Positions 11,201 to 21,295 of a stretch of DNA of 64,000 nucleotides are shown one piece after another. Where the stretch lies: positions 124,001 to 188,000 of IMG/VR virus record IMGVR_UViG_3300042319_002138; one strand, given 5' to 3'. Within the stretch, counting starts at the first letter, position 1; every line of letters begins with the position of its first letter. The notes beneath the pieces were generated by a model. It was not told the origin of the DNA. It saw nothing but the letters and a program-made list of their open reading frames with translations, and ran no database searches. The position numbers were made by a program, and so were the translations under genes.

Positions 11201-12623
11201 TAATTACACGGCTAACCCAAATACATCGACAGTCCAAAAATTAGGTGAGTTATGTTGTACACAAAGTGTGGTAGGCCAACAAGTTGTGTGGGATGGTACT
11301 AATTGTGTATTAGCAAATCCTGTTAATATTAAATGTCCAGATATAACTAATATAGCAATTAGCCCAACTGGGGTTGTTTATTATGTCAATAATGGCACAA
11401 CACAACTATTATCCGCAGAATGTTGTACAAAAGACGTTGTTGGTAATGACGTAACAATATCAATTAATGGTGAGTGTGTTGTTAGTAATAGTCCTAGTAA
11501 CTGTACCTTTACTATATTACAAACTGGACTTGTTTCAGGAATATCGACACCAGATTGTTGTACAGAAAGTGTTGTAGGACAACCCGTTATATGGAATGGT
11601 AATTCTTGTAACTTAATACCAAACGACTTTTGTGTTATAATGAGTGTTAGTGACGAGAACATATCAAATCTTGAATGTTGTAAAGCTAAAGGTGGTTATA
11701 TTGGTTTAGATGCTTTTGGTAATCAAGTCTGTCTTGATTTAGCTGACACTTCTATAAGTGTTTCCACAACAAATTGCCCAACTACTTTTACATTTTTAGA
11801 TAATTTAGTTTTAATAGGTACAGATACTTTTATACAAACAGAAGTATTGGGTTCTGATGGTTCTCCTTTAGATGCCAATTGTTGTAAAAATTATACAACA
11901 ATTACTGGTGATTTAAATTATCATTATGATGTTAATACTAAAAAATGTGTTAAAACTGAAATTGCTGAATTTACTTCTTGTAGACATACTTTAATAGAAA
12001 CTTACATGTCCTTATTATACCCACAATATCATGTTGGTAGTAATTATGGTATTTACGGTTTAAATGAAAGAGTGTACGTCAAACTTAAGAAATTGATAAT
12101 AAATGGTTACGATTATTTATCGGGATATTCAAATTTACCGAGTACGGTATTAGACGCAAATTATTTACCACCTGATAAATGGAATTCAGTACTTTTCATA
12201 CAAAAAACATTAAATGATTTAAGTATAGATTTTTCTAAAGCACAACTACCTGGACAACCATTAAATTTATCTAATACACCTAACACACAAGGTACTTTAA
12301 CAAATATTTTTAATAATGGTTACGGATTCTATTTTATTGGTTTAAACAATTATTCATATAAAATTGAGTTGGAAGTCTACACAATATCTAACCCTAGTGA
12401 CGTAAAAACAATTTACTACTCATCAAGTTCATCAGGTATTGTTGTTAGTGACGTTGATATACAAGATGTCACACTAAAAACAGAGTGTGGTTACCAAGTC
12501 AAAAGAACAATAAATACTTCAAATGAATCATGTTATACTGTAGGTATGAACATAACGGCAGGAATAGATGTAGAACCATCACAATGTTATCCATATATTC
12601 TTGGTGGAAATACTTACTTATAA
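8289..12623 (+). CDS. large baseplate/tail-fibre protein with Cys-rich repeats
   Basis: 1444 aa. N-half has LFKSKGHRKVLEFFLNLFG (resembles the P2 gpI / tail protein I KGT motif). C-half has repeated CP..I.....G...CCT..VVG..V.W.G..C units. Confidence 0.6.
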   Translation: MSKKVVPGSITEPYKKGQGDFSPNLVGQQFTNGVTLFTLGNFAITTNASASLSKVYNTGSFSDAYTLNDLNLTIDESQVLSNESLKISLNIDPNRLEGYVYFGSFFQFIKSNIEQILLKWKGSLYVDNLIDDDPERIPRNTVLNYNYDSISGTSTFKIPVSLIKNKFGLVFAQNPLFNINNYGDISDLNNSFLDYQVTNIFGDFYVLGFTGSTSLDNYVYLQVNGNPWPNLNGVGFGSFVYHVRPKEELINKYFFSRLNEFESNMLNRLITPQYTIAVNLPIRTESGTLFSSNRRLTWPTSDGYNLDNGSTEFTNYLNDWIDIGIQMDANKTDLIARRFVSDSIIEFDTEGDNTDVYGRKVNKLLRIYGREFDEVKKYIDGISISRIVTYDKKDNTADELVKVLASELGLDVLLSFFDNNLFNNTLPGNSGEEGYGNPYNVPFSGYSRNLSPKEMDFELWRRLVINAWWLFKSKGHRKVLEFFLNLFGIQKCVVSLDEYLYIAKDKLNADKVYTLLAEYFDQPVDDFISSLTAGEISYPIDQYGFPKVPADGDAFYYQMNGFWYNGGNLSEIGNNPHIGPYDYGKMYLDRFRCFVEDFQGTTTGTTTFITLDNLFKDFNNGDIEDGVSNYGGDYAQILNDNNQISSNATVVMAGGVGDVTYGHSGASLRITFSYGGSNCELTCPTDLIYYDNGIIFANDLTPVAVDLTNIYSLLNTNQQDLIVASQITEQCCSNIGGYYLPSSVSTITTICPTEGQISILPSGLVFGVENETCCTNIVVGTDVYWDGTRCILADINSNTVVDVFTADELFYDPIIQTNNTNFVCYWCPPTNVYCGTEYYDLLINSNKQLKVPSGTNGNGGGGGPINFGCTLGVGTTYNDTDGFSYIISSSSEPAPSGYQMCASFYTSQWTPILGTSPLLYEKGCCRGYRNNNNTGGGATGGAIGEVQLGPASLVYCPNISDIIINNNIVYYNYTANPNTSTVQKLGELCCTQSVVGQQVVWDGTNCVLANPVNIKCPDITNIAISPTGVVYYVNNGTTQLLSAECCTKDVVGNDVTISINGECVVSNSPSNCTFTILQTGLVSGISTPDCCTESVVGQPVIWNGNSCNLIPNDFCVIMSVSDENISNLECCKAKGGYIGLDAFGNQVCLDLADTSISVSTTNCPTTFTFLDNLVLIGTDTFIQTEVLGSDGSPLDANCCKNYTTITGDLNYHYDVNTKKCVKTEIAEFTSCRHTLIETYMSLLYPQYHVGSNYGIYGLNERVYVKLKKLIINGYDYLSGYSNLPSTVLDANYLPPDKWNSVLFIQKTLNDLSIDFSKAQLPGQPLNLSNTPNTQGTLTNIFNNGYGFYFIGLNNYSYKIELEVYTISNPSDVKTIYYSSSSSGIVVSDVDIQDVTLKTECGYQVKRTINTSNESCYTVGMNITAGIDVEPSQCYPYILGGNTYL
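10470..11960 (+). repeat. protein-level Cys-rich tandem repeats (about 45-50 aa unit)
   Basis: CCTNIVVGTDVYWDGTRC, CCTQSVVGQQVVWDGTNC, CCTKDVVGNDVTISINGEC, CCTESVVGQPVIWNGNSC plus degenerate copies. Boundaries are approximate. Confidence 0.8.
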
Positions 12624-12637
12624 AATATTTAAAATAA

Positions 12638-14950
12638 ATGGGACAAAATAATAATATAGCAATAGGTGGTGGAAAAGGAGGGGGAGGTGGAGGACCACTA
12701 ACACAATCCTGTACACTTACATACCAACCAGGGATAGGTAATGTAATCCCAGGACCACAAATTATTAACCAATTACCACCTTCTTATCAAAATCAAGGGT
12801 ACTCTACAACTACCGCAACTCTTAGAGTGTATGGTGGTACACAAGCTGTATCTGGAGATATTATGTGTACTTCATATAGTACCGCAGCACAATGGACGTA
12901 TGTGGTAGGTTCAGAAACTACAGCAGCAGGTCCTACTTATACAAAAGGTTGTTGTACAGCTAGATGGCTTCCTGGTGATAATAATGGAACGGGAGGTTCA
13001 ACAGGAGTTTCAGCAGGTGGTGCAATAGGAACATTACCATCTTTAGAAATTTCGAATGTTTGTCCAGATGCCACACAAATATACATAACTTTATCGGGTG
13101 ATATTTTTTACACCACAAACGGAAATCAAATACCGTTATCACAAGAATGTTGTAACAGGAATATTGTTGGTTCCGATGTTATATGGATTTCACAAGGTAA
13201 TACAGGTTTTTGTAAAGTATTAAAAAACTCATGTCCACCAAATATTGCTATTTCAATAAGTAAAGATACTGTTATTGGTGTAACTAGTCCTGATTGTTGT
13301 ACACCTGAAGTTACTGGTATACCTAATGTTTATTGGGATTCTACCCATAACTTATGTAAAATACCTTTAACAAATTATGGTTGTTTATATAGTGATTTTA
13401 CAACACAACCAGCCAATATACCTGACAGACCTAATGTAGAACAAGTTTTCGGTACAATTTCAAAAATTAATGAAAGTTTAAATGAGTCTTGTTGTACTAA
13501 AGAAATTGTTGGTTTTGATGTAGTTTGGAACCCAATCCTAGGAATCTGTGAAAAAAGTCCTGATTTAACTATTGGTGGGCCAGACTCCATCAACATCACT
13601 TTAAATAGTGAACCAATAAAACCCGATGGTTGTGATGATTTAGTTGTTTCAGCTAAAATATTTTTTACACAACCATCAGAAATTTGTTTTACTGAATTTT
13701 TAACTGCGTCGTTATTAACAAATAACCCGAATGTTGTAATTTCACAATTTGGGGTCTTTGATTCAAGTGTAGACGGTTTTAATACTTGGGTTGATTTAAG
13801 TGCTAGATTTACTGTTAATTCTGGTGAAACTTTTAATTTAATGTTAAATATCGGTGGTGGAATAATACCTTGCTGTGAATATGATGTTAGAGTAGATAAT
13901 ATTAGGATTGATTGTTATAAAGAAGAAGATAGATTATTTTTTGATACTAAAAAATGTGTTGGATTTGATTTAGTAAGAGTTATTGATAATAAAAGGTCTT
14001 GGGTATATAACCCAGGTTTAGAAAATATCGGGGAATCAACACAGGATAATTTAATAAGAGATAGGGGTCAGGTAGGGTTAATACAAGGTTATGGTTATGT
14101 GAATAGAACATTCGCACCTAGTGCTGATGCAGATATTCCGTGGAGATATACAGATTATTTTGAACAATCTAACATATTAGAACCACATAGTAATTCCGTT
14201 ATTATCAGTAAGGAAATGGAACTTACATTTAACATGTGTAGTGATTGTTGTGTTGAATATAGTAAATGCCCTGATGGGTATTCACTTGTAACAACTACAG
14301 GTGGGACTGAATATTGTACAAAAACTGAGACTTATTGTCCTAGTGGATATACTTTAAGTGCTGGAACTTGTTATAGTGGAGTCACTACTGCAAGTACGAT
14401 AGTAGAAACAGTAACAGCATCAACAGGTTCTTATTGTGTAAAAACAGCCACACTATTACAATTAGAAGAGTACAAAAAAGTTTTCCAAAGTTTTTGGGTT
14501 AGGATGATTGAACAATTTGTACCAGCAACCACAATATTTGTCTCAGGTGAAAAATGGTGTAATAATGATTCATTTATTTGCCCACAATTTGATGTGTGTG
14601 ATTTTGATTTTGAATATGTTGAATCTGAAATAACAGTTATTGAATATGGCACTAATTTTGTTCCATATACAGGATTCACACTTAATGGTGGGGATGTTGT
14701 AACTAGTAATGTTGATAGTACTGTTTTATCTGGTACTAGTTCGGGGACACCACACGATTCAACTAACGGACCTATAATTACTGATGGTACAGTAGTAATT
14801 TCAACAACACAAGACCCGACAGGGGGTGGTGGAATCGTGGTAGTAAATGTTGTTACATTAACACAACCACAATTAGAACCTTTACTTAAACAAAAACAAG
14901 AATATTATAATAACTTAATTAGAGGTGGAGTAAAAGAAGTATTTGTATAA
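12638..14950 (+). CDS. Cys-rich repeat virion protein (paralogous modules to 8289..12623)
   Basis: CCNRNIVGSDVIW, CCTPEVTGIPNVYW and CCTKEIVGFDVVW units, plus CPDGYS/CPSGYT repeats. Confidence 0.6.
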   Translation: MGQNNNIAIGGGKGGGGGGPLTQSCTLTYQPGIGNVIPGPQIINQLPPSYQNQGYSTTTATLRVYGGTQAVSGDIMCTSYSTAAQWTYVVGSETTAAGPTYTKGCCTARWLPGDNNGTGGSTGVSAGGAIGTLPSLEISNVCPDATQIYITLSGDIFYTTNGNQIPLSQECCNRNIVGSDVIWISQGNTGFCKVLKNSCPPNIAISISKDTVIGVTSPDCCTPEVTGIPNVYWDSTHNLCKIPLTNYGCLYSDFTTQPANIPDRPNVEQVFGTISKINESLNESCCTKEIVGFDVVWNPILGICEKSPDLTIGGPDSINITLNSEPIKPDGCDDLVVSAKIFFTQPSEICFTEFLTASLLTNNPNVVISQFGVFDSSVDGFNTWVDLSARFTVNSGETFNLMLNIGGGIIPCCEYDVRVDNIRIDCYKEEDRLFFDTKKCVGFDLVRVIDNKRSWVYNPGLENIGESTQDNLIRDRGQVGLIQGYGYVNRTFAPSADADIPWRYTDYFEQSNILEPHSNSVIISKEMELTFNMCSDCCVEYSKCPDGYSLVTTTGGTEYCTKTETYCPSGYTLSAGTCYSGVTTASTIVETVTASTGSYCVKTATLLQLEEYKKVFQSFWVRMIEQFVPATTIFVSGEKWCNNDSFICPQFDVCDFDFEYVESEITVIEYGTNFVPYTGFTLNGGDVVTSNVDSTVLSGTSSGTPHDSTNGPIITDGTVVISTTQDPTGGGGIVVVNVVTLTQPQLEPLLKQKQEYYNNLIRGGVKEVFV

Positions 14951-16554
14951 TGTGTATATTATGTAAAAATAAAAAAACAGATATCCCTACAGTAAATTTA
15001 ACTTCTGTAGAACAAACTAATGTTGATAGGTCTTTGGGTTTATCTAACATTTACAATATTAGTAATAGTTTAGCTTTTTTAGAAGAAACTTTTTTAAATC
15101 CTTTATATAATTTAAGTGGAACAACTAAACCTACATCAGGATTTACAACAATAAACTGTAGTGGTTTTACTACGGGTAGTTCTTATTCTACGTCAGCTTG
15201 TACTGCCGTTTATAACTTATCTGATGTTGATGAAATAGACTTAGTATTCCAAATTACGGGTAATACACAGTATAGTGCATACACTGGTAATTTTTGTTAC
15301 CACACATTCCAATTAGCTAAATTACCCAAAAATCGTGATTACGTCACAAAAATAGATTCAACATATTCAAATTGTTTTGGTTATTCAACAATAACCGCTA
15401 ATACAATTTATGAAACTATAAATAAATCATCATTACCTGTTATTGATGCTGAATATATCATAAAAGATTATAATATATTCCAAACACAAAATCTTGTAGA
15501 TAATCTTAAGGTAAACACTTTTGATATGTCTACACAAACAAAAGAATCTTTATTTGATGATGGTTGGTATTTTGTAACAACAGTTAATCCTGATAAACCC
15601 ACAATTGGTCAAATCAATACTTTTGATATATTACAAAACGCTACCTTAATTACAGAAACCCCTAATTTGTTAGAAGGTTACACATCCGTGTTTAAAATTG
15701 GTGGATATGCTTTAAATAATAAATTTATTGTATTTGTTAATGGTATTTTATTGACAGAAAATTTAGATTGGGTTTATTTAAGTAATTTGGGTAATGGTTA
15801 TTTTGAAATCATTTCAGGTGAAATAGAACCAACAAAAGATGTAATCCAAGTTGTTTATTTAAACAATCCAGATGTAACTGTTGATAGTATTAATTTATAT
15901 GAAAATTATTTGAATATAGATGCGGGAATTGTTAATACTATAACAACTGGTATTACATCAGGGGTGACAAGTTTAACAGTAAATTACAACCCTGTAAAAA
16001 ACAGACAAGAAATATTATTAACAAAACTAAATAGAAGTGAGTCTAGTTTAATAATTGTAATTAACGGGGTTAAACTACAAGAAAATGTTGAGTACTTTCT
16101 TAGTTCTACGGACAACTCAAAATTAATAATAAACCCTTTAAATCAAATACAAATAAATGATGCTATATCTATTTTTTATTTTACAGATTTAGGTTCTAAG
16201 TATTTTGACTTAGGGTATTATAGAACATTAACACCAACTATTTTATGGGAAGCCCCACAATCATATTCTTCTATTAAGAGTGAGGATGGTAAATTCCTAA
16301 TACAAGTAACTACTTTTGATGATACCCAATTTTTAAATTTAGTACAATCCAAATTATATGGATTTGATAGATTACAATCCGAATATTCTACAACATTAGA
16401 CCAATTACCTACAAATGTAGGTGAAAAATTTTTACTTAGGATATGTTTTTTCAAAAATTACCATATATTATTTGATAATGTGGTAACAACTAGAAGTGTA
16501 AGTGATACAGTATCATTTAAAGTTAACATTGACTATGCTAAAAACAGTTATTAA
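14950..16554 (+). CDS. putative tail/baseplate structural protein
   Basis: 534 aa. Two copies of a V.(V/I)NG..L.EN..(W/Y) beta module common in phage tail proteins. Confidence 0.5.
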   Translation: MCILCKNKKTDIPTVNLTSVEQTNVDRSLGLSNIYNISNSLAFLEETFLNPLYNLSGTTKPTSGFTTINCSGFTTGSSYSTSACTAVYNLSDVDEIDLVFQITGNTQYSAYTGNFCYHTFQLAKLPKNRDYVTKIDSTYSNCFGYSTITANTIYETINKSSLPVIDAEYIIKDYNIFQTQNLVDNLKVNTFDMSTQTKESLFDDGWYFVTTVNPDKPTIGQINTFDILQNATLITETPNLLEGYTSVFKIGGYALNNKFIVFVNGILLTENLDWVYLSNLGNGYFEIISGEIEPTKDVIQVVYLNNPDVTVDSINLYENYLNIDAGIVNTITTGITSGVTSLTVNYNPVKNRQEILLTKLNRSESSLIIVINGVKLQENVEYFLSSTDNSKLIINPLNQIQINDAISIFYFTDLGSKYFDLGYYRTLTPTILWEAPQSYSSIKSEDGKFLIQVTTFDDTQFLNLVQSKLYGFDRLQSEYSTTLDQLPTNVGEKFLLRICFFKNYHILFDNVVTTRSVSDTVSFKVNIDYAKNSY

Positions 16555-16556
16555 TA

Positions 16557-18989
16557 ATGGAGAATAAGAGTATAAGAATAAGAACAACACCTGGTGTAGA
16601 TAAAAATATTAGTTTTGAGTTAAAACAAGACTTTGATTTTATTGAAATCTTAAGTTTAAAAATAACACAACAAGATGTTTATGAATCTTTTTGTGCTGAT
16701 TATGGTGTTGTAGTTGGACGTGTAATATCTAATGAAGGTTTTGGTGTCCCGAATGCTAAGGTTTCTATATTTATACCTGTTACTAGCGAAGACCAAAAAA
16801 ATGATTTAATAAATACTTTATACCCTTATAAAACAGTAACTAGTGTTAATGGTGAGGGATATAGATATAATTTATTATTAGAACAGTCAACTTGTAGTCT
16901 TAATCAGGCCGTAGGAACTTTCCCAACAAAAGAAACGTTATTAAATAATGAAATTTATTTAGAAATATTTGATAAATATTATAGATATACAACAGTCACT
17001 AATGACGCAGGAGATTATATCATATTTGGGGTTCCACCTGGACAACAAACAATACACATGGATGTTGATATAAGTGACATAGGATTTTTAAGCCTTAGAC
17101 CTTATGATTTAAAATCACAAGGATTCACTGATTCTTTATTTGATGGTAAAAATTTTAAAAAATCTACTAACCTAGATAGTTTGGCACAAATTAAAACACA
17201 AAATAAAGGTGTTGAAGTTGTTCCTTTTTGGGGTGATGAGGAAAGATGTAATTTTGGGATTACTAGAGTTGATTTTAATATTGGTAACGATTTAGTTGCT
17301 AACGCTATTTTTATGGGTTCAATCTTTACCGATTCTGATAAGAATTATTTAAAGAAAAGTTGTAGAATTAAAAGATTTATGGGAGACCAAACACAGTTAA
17401 TTACCGCTTCAGGACAAGTAGATATTCTAAGATTAGAAGTTAATGATGATGGTGACCCCATAAACATATCAAGATTACCCTCGAAAGAAATTGATGAAAA
17501 CGGTGTTTATGTATTTACATTACCATTGTATTATGATAAGGTAGTAACAGATGAATTCGGTAATTTAGTTAAATCACCAGACCAAACCAAAGGTGTACCC
17601 ACTAAAGGTAAATATAGATTTAAATTAAAATTTAATGACAATTCAGCCACTTTTAAAGGTAGAAAAACTTTTAGAACAGCTAGTTTAATAACACCTAGTA
17701 CAAATAGTTCTGTTAGATTTACTGACGACATTGATAGTTATGCAATGATTAATGTTAATACAGATTTTCATACTTTTGAATGGAAACAAGTTTATACTAC
17801 AACACAATTTATAAGAAAGTTAAAGAAAAGGAAATCTGGTAGATTTGACTTTATTGGGTTAAAAAATTGTGGTGAATTTGTAATTACCCCAGTTTCGTTA
17901 AGTAATGAGGATGATGAGGATGATACACAATCTGAAGGTGGTAACAAAAACCTTGATGTCCCTTATAATGTTTTCATAAAAAGACCTTTTTCAGGCTTTT
18001 CTAAGAGAAAAAAAGTTAAAGCTTGTTTTTATGATGCATGGTTAAATGGTGGGTGTTACTTACCAAAATTTCAAGTAAGAACAAAAAATAATGGCGATTA
18101 TGATTGTTGTGGTTTTGGTCATAACGCTAATGTTGACCGTTACTTTATGGTGGAAGGGGATATCCAATACACCATAAACACCACACAATACCCAAATGTA
18201 CTAGCCACAAACCCGAATTCTTGGGCTAATGCTCAAGCAAATGGAACTGAAATGCCAGAAGGTACTAGATGTACATTCATTACACCAAAATCAATTCCAG
18301 GTGTATTAAATGGTGCTAACGACACAGAAGAATTTGTTTATTGTAAATGGGGTTCGGACACAAGAATTATGAATATTGGTTCTATGTTAATGTGTCAAGA
18401 AATATTGGATACGTTAAAAGATAGTTTATCTAATAATGTTGGTAGCGTTTTAAAACCTTTCTTTAAACCGACTGGTGCTAGATTTTGTATGACTACTAAT
18501 GTTGAAAATGGAATTAGAACACAAAATCTAATACCATTTTTATCACCAACAACTTACCTAGACCCCAATGATTTTTTTCCTTATCAGAATAATGATATGA
18601 ATAATTTACCCAATAATTTACCTGGTAAATGGGGTAAGAACCTTTCAATTTGGGCAACAGACGCTTTTTTAGATGCACAATACGCTGATAAAGAGTTAAA
18701 ACAAAATCACGGAGGTTGTTGGTTAAAATATTACTGTAGGATAGACTTCCAGCCAATATACGGTTCGGATGGTAACCCAGTAGTCTCACATTGTAACAAC
18801 ACAAGTCCAGTTATAGCACCAACAAGTGGGGGTTATTTAGATTTAACACTTAATAGATTGTTTGGTTGTCCCTACAATTGGAACGCTGACCTTTATTACG
18901 CTTCTCGTTACGATTTGGTATATTTTTACTTTGGTATAACGGCTGGTAGTACGGCATTGGATAAATTAAAAAAAGATTTTTTTGAATAA
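16557..18989 (+). CDS. structural protein with carboxypeptidase-regulatory-like beta-sandwich N-terminal domain
   Basis: VVVGRV...GVPNAKVSI and TVTNDAGDYIIFGVPPGQQTI motifs. Confidence 0.55.
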   Translation: MENKSIRIRTTPGVDKNISFELKQDFDFIEILSLKITQQDVYESFCADYGVVVGRVISNEGFGVPNAKVSIFIPVTSEDQKNDLINTLYPYKTVTSVNGEGYRYNLLLEQSTCSLNQAVGTFPTKETLLNNEIYLEIFDKYYRYTTVTNDAGDYIIFGVPPGQQTIHMDVDISDIGFLSLRPYDLKSQGFTDSLFDGKNFKKSTNLDSLAQIKTQNKGVEVVPFWGDEERCNFGITRVDFNIGNDLVANAIFMGSIFTDSDKNYLKKSCRIKRFMGDQTQLITASGQVDILRLEVNDDGDPINISRLPSKEIDENGVYVFTLPLYYDKVVTDEFGNLVKSPDQTKGVPTKGKYRFKLKFNDNSATFKGRKTFRTASLITPSTNSSVRFTDDIDSYAMINVNTDFHTFEWKQVYTTTQFIRKLKKRKSGRFDFIGLKNCGEFVITPVSLSNEDDEDDTQSEGGNKNLDVPYNVFIKRPFSGFSKRKKVKACFYDAWLNGGCYLPKFQVRTKNNGDYDCCGFGHNANVDRYFMVEGDIQYTINTTQYPNVLATNPNSWANAQANGTEMPEGTRCTFITPKSIPGVLNGANDTEEFVYCKWGSDTRIMNIGSMLMCQEILDTLKDSLSNNVGSVLKPFFKPTGARFCMTTNVENGIRTQNLIPFLSPTTYLDPNDFFPYQNNDMNNLPNNLPGKWGKNLSIWATDAFLDAQYADKELKQNHGGCWLKYYCRIDFQPIYGSDGNPVVSHCNNTSPVIAPTSGGYLDLTLNRLFGCPYNWNADLYYASRYDLVYFYFGITAGSTALDKLKKDFFE

Positions 18990-19002
18990 AATAATAATTT
19001 AA

Positions 19003-19010
19003 ATATTTAT
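19003..19010 (+). promoter_or_regulatory. putative late promoter ATATTTAT
   Basis: Motif recurs 5-35 nt upstream of many structural/head genes (see findings). Confidence 0.55.
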
Positions 19011-19025
19011 AAAAAAACATAAGAA

Positions 19026-21062
19026 GTGAGTTATATAGATAAAAATTCAAATATTGTAGTAAGTGCAAGACTTACAGATAAAGGTAGAAATTTATTGGCT
19101 AACGGAGCGTTAACTTTTAACACCTTTAAATTAGGTGATTCAGAGATTGATTACACAACTTTGGGGCCAACATATGATATTACGTTAGAGAATATCTTAA
19201 GAGCCAAAGCCAATCAACCTGAGATGAAGACGGTTTTGTTACCAACATTAACAAGTTTACCTAACCAAGCGGCTTTAGGTCTAACACAAGTTACGGCATT
19301 AGAGTTGGTTACAATAACACAAGCACCTGAATTGGGTTTCTTTGAAATAACATCAGGTGGAACAGAATATAGTGCTTATACAACCACTAATTATGTTTTA
19401 CAGACTGATACGATTGTTCCTTTAAGTGGTTTAACAGGTTCAACAACCGTAATACCTGTCTTACAATCAGCAACTTATGGAACTAACACATATGAACCAT
19501 CTATTGGTGATTTTATGTTAGTTAAAATGAGTAATGATGAATTGAGTGTTACACAAAGAGATGCTGTTATCGACCAAAATATACCTGTACCTTACTTATG
19601 GTATAGGGTACAAAATAAAACTGGTTTATTATCAGCAAATACTTTAAACGTAACTTTAGATAGAAATTTTGCTTACTTCCCTGGTTATACAGGAACCAAT
19701 TATTGTTGGTCAGCATTTTACCCAACAGGAAATACTTTTAGTACTGACGGAATATATTCAGCAGGAACAGTATGGAACCAAAACAATGTATGGTCATATC
19801 CTATGGCAGGTATTGATGATGGTATTGGTACTTTTGAGAATTTTAATCTATACGGAAGTGAAAGTTATGTTGGTTCAAAAGAATATTTTGGATATACTTC
19901 TGAAATAACTAGTAATTGTGAAGATGAAAGGTCAATTGCTTTAGTTCACTACACTAACGTACAGACTTGTAACAACCAATCTGAAAGTGTTTACGGACAA
20001 AGACTTTATATCGATACAACAGTACCAGCATCACCGATACTTAATATGCCTACATTGATGTGGCATGGTAGAGTATTCTCAGGTTCGGGTACAGCAGATA
20101 TGATTGGTGAGACATTCTCAGGTACTGGTGTTGAAAAATACGTAACCTTTAGTGGTGTTTCTACTGAGGTTAGATATTATGATTTAGTTGATAGTAGTGG
20201 TATTAATTATGTTGGTAGGATTTTTCCTGACCAACAAGTTATGACAATAGACGACCAAGAATTAGTGGCAGCAATGTCATATAAATCTAATAGGAATTGG
20301 ACTTTACCAACTTTAGGATATGGTTTAGTTACGGCTACAGATGGTTTAATTGGCCAAACACAAGATTTATATGTATCATACATGTTGGCTAGTAGTTCTG
20401 GTTATACAACAGGTTTACACGCACAAAATTATACATGTGTTGTTTTAACTGAACAAGAATGTCCTGATAACGCTAAAAAAGACGTACAAATCACATTCCC
20501 GACTTCGGGACTACCGTACATGACGGTTAGTGGTGGAACTGGATTTGAAGCTGATAAATTATATTTAATCGCACAAAGAGTTTCTTCAGGTGAAAAACCT
20601 GTTTCTGATGGTTGGGTAATTATGGATTACACAAACCAAATTAATGGCCAAGTAGTTGGTGATACTATTAACCCGTTAAATTTAGAAAACACAACATTTA
20701 CAATTAATAAAAATATGTATTTGTCAGCATCTACACAATATATTGTGAACAACTATTTGACAGTACCAACAACAATACAACAAAATTTACTACAATTTGG
20801 TGACGAAAATTTCTTCTTCGGTAATGTTAGTTCCGCAGGTACAACAAGAAAATGGAGAACTAAATTTAATATTGTTGTACCACCTACCTTATTTAACTCA
20901 ACAACAAACCCAACGTGGTTTAATAGTGGCCAAAATGTCCACATTTCTGAAGTTGGTATTTATAGTACAGGTGGTGAATTAGTTGCTATTGGTAAACTAA
21001 ACCTACCGATAGAAAAAAATAACACAACAACGGTTATAATTGAAATAGCTTTTGATTTATAA
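19026..21062 (+). CDS. tail-collar/tail-fibre-like protein
   Basis: N-terminal ARLTDKGRNLLANG and C-terminal ISEVGIYSTGGELVAIGKL resemble the two halves of the phage tail-collar fibre domain (DUF3751-like). GTG start. Confidence 0.6.
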   Translation: MSYIDKNSNIVVSARLTDKGRNLLANGALTFNTFKLGDSEIDYTTLGPTYDITLENILRAKANQPEMKTVLLPTLTSLPNQAALGLTQVTALELVTITQAPELGFFEITSGGTEYSAYTTTNYVLQTDTIVPLSGLTGSTTVIPVLQSATYGTNTYEPSIGDFMLVKMSNDELSVTQRDAVIDQNIPVPYLWYRVQNKTGLLSANTLNVTLDRNFAYFPGYTGTNYCWSAFYPTGNTFSTDGIYSAGTVWNQNNVWSYPMAGIDDGIGTFENFNLYGSESYVGSKEYFGYTSEITSNCEDERSIALVHYTNVQTCNNQSESVYGQRLYIDTTVPASPILNMPTLMWHGRVFSGSGTADMIGETFSGTGVEKYVTFSGVSTEVRYYDLVDSSGINYVGRIFPDQQVMTIDDQELVAAMSYKSNRNWTLPTLGYGLVTATDGLIGQTQDLYVSYMLASSSGYTTGLHAQNYTCVVLTEQECPDNAKKDVQITFPTSGLPYMTVSGGTGFEADKLYLIAQRVSSGEKPVSDGWVIMDYTNQINGQVVGDTINPLNLENTTFTINKNMYLSASTQYIVNNYLTVPTTIQQNLLQFGDENFFFGNVSSAGTTRKWRTKFNIVVPPTLFNSTTNPTWFNSGQNVHISEVGIYSTGGELVAIGKLNLPIEKNNTTTVIIEIAFDL

Positions 21063-21295
21063 TGGGATTTTTAGATAACAATATTGATGAAGTAAAATTA
21101 ATCTTAACTCCATATGGTAAAACAAAGTTTTTAACTAATGGGTTCAAAGATACGTTTAGATACTTTAGTTTTTCGGATGATACAGTAATATATCATTTAT
21201 GTGTTGAACCACAAGGTATTCTAGAAATAACGGGTAGTCATAAAAGTTCTACAACTAAAAGTGAACCAAGATATAAAGTAAAAATAAAAGAATAA
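21062..21295 (+). CDS. short paralog of the tail-collar N-terminal module
   Basis: LILTPYGKTKFLTNG..FRYFSFSD aligns with the N-terminus of 19026. Confidence 0.55.
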   Translation: MGFLDNNIDEVKLILTPYGKTKFLTNGFKDTFRYFSFSDDTVIYHLCVEPQGILEITGSHKSSTTKSEPRYKVKIKE

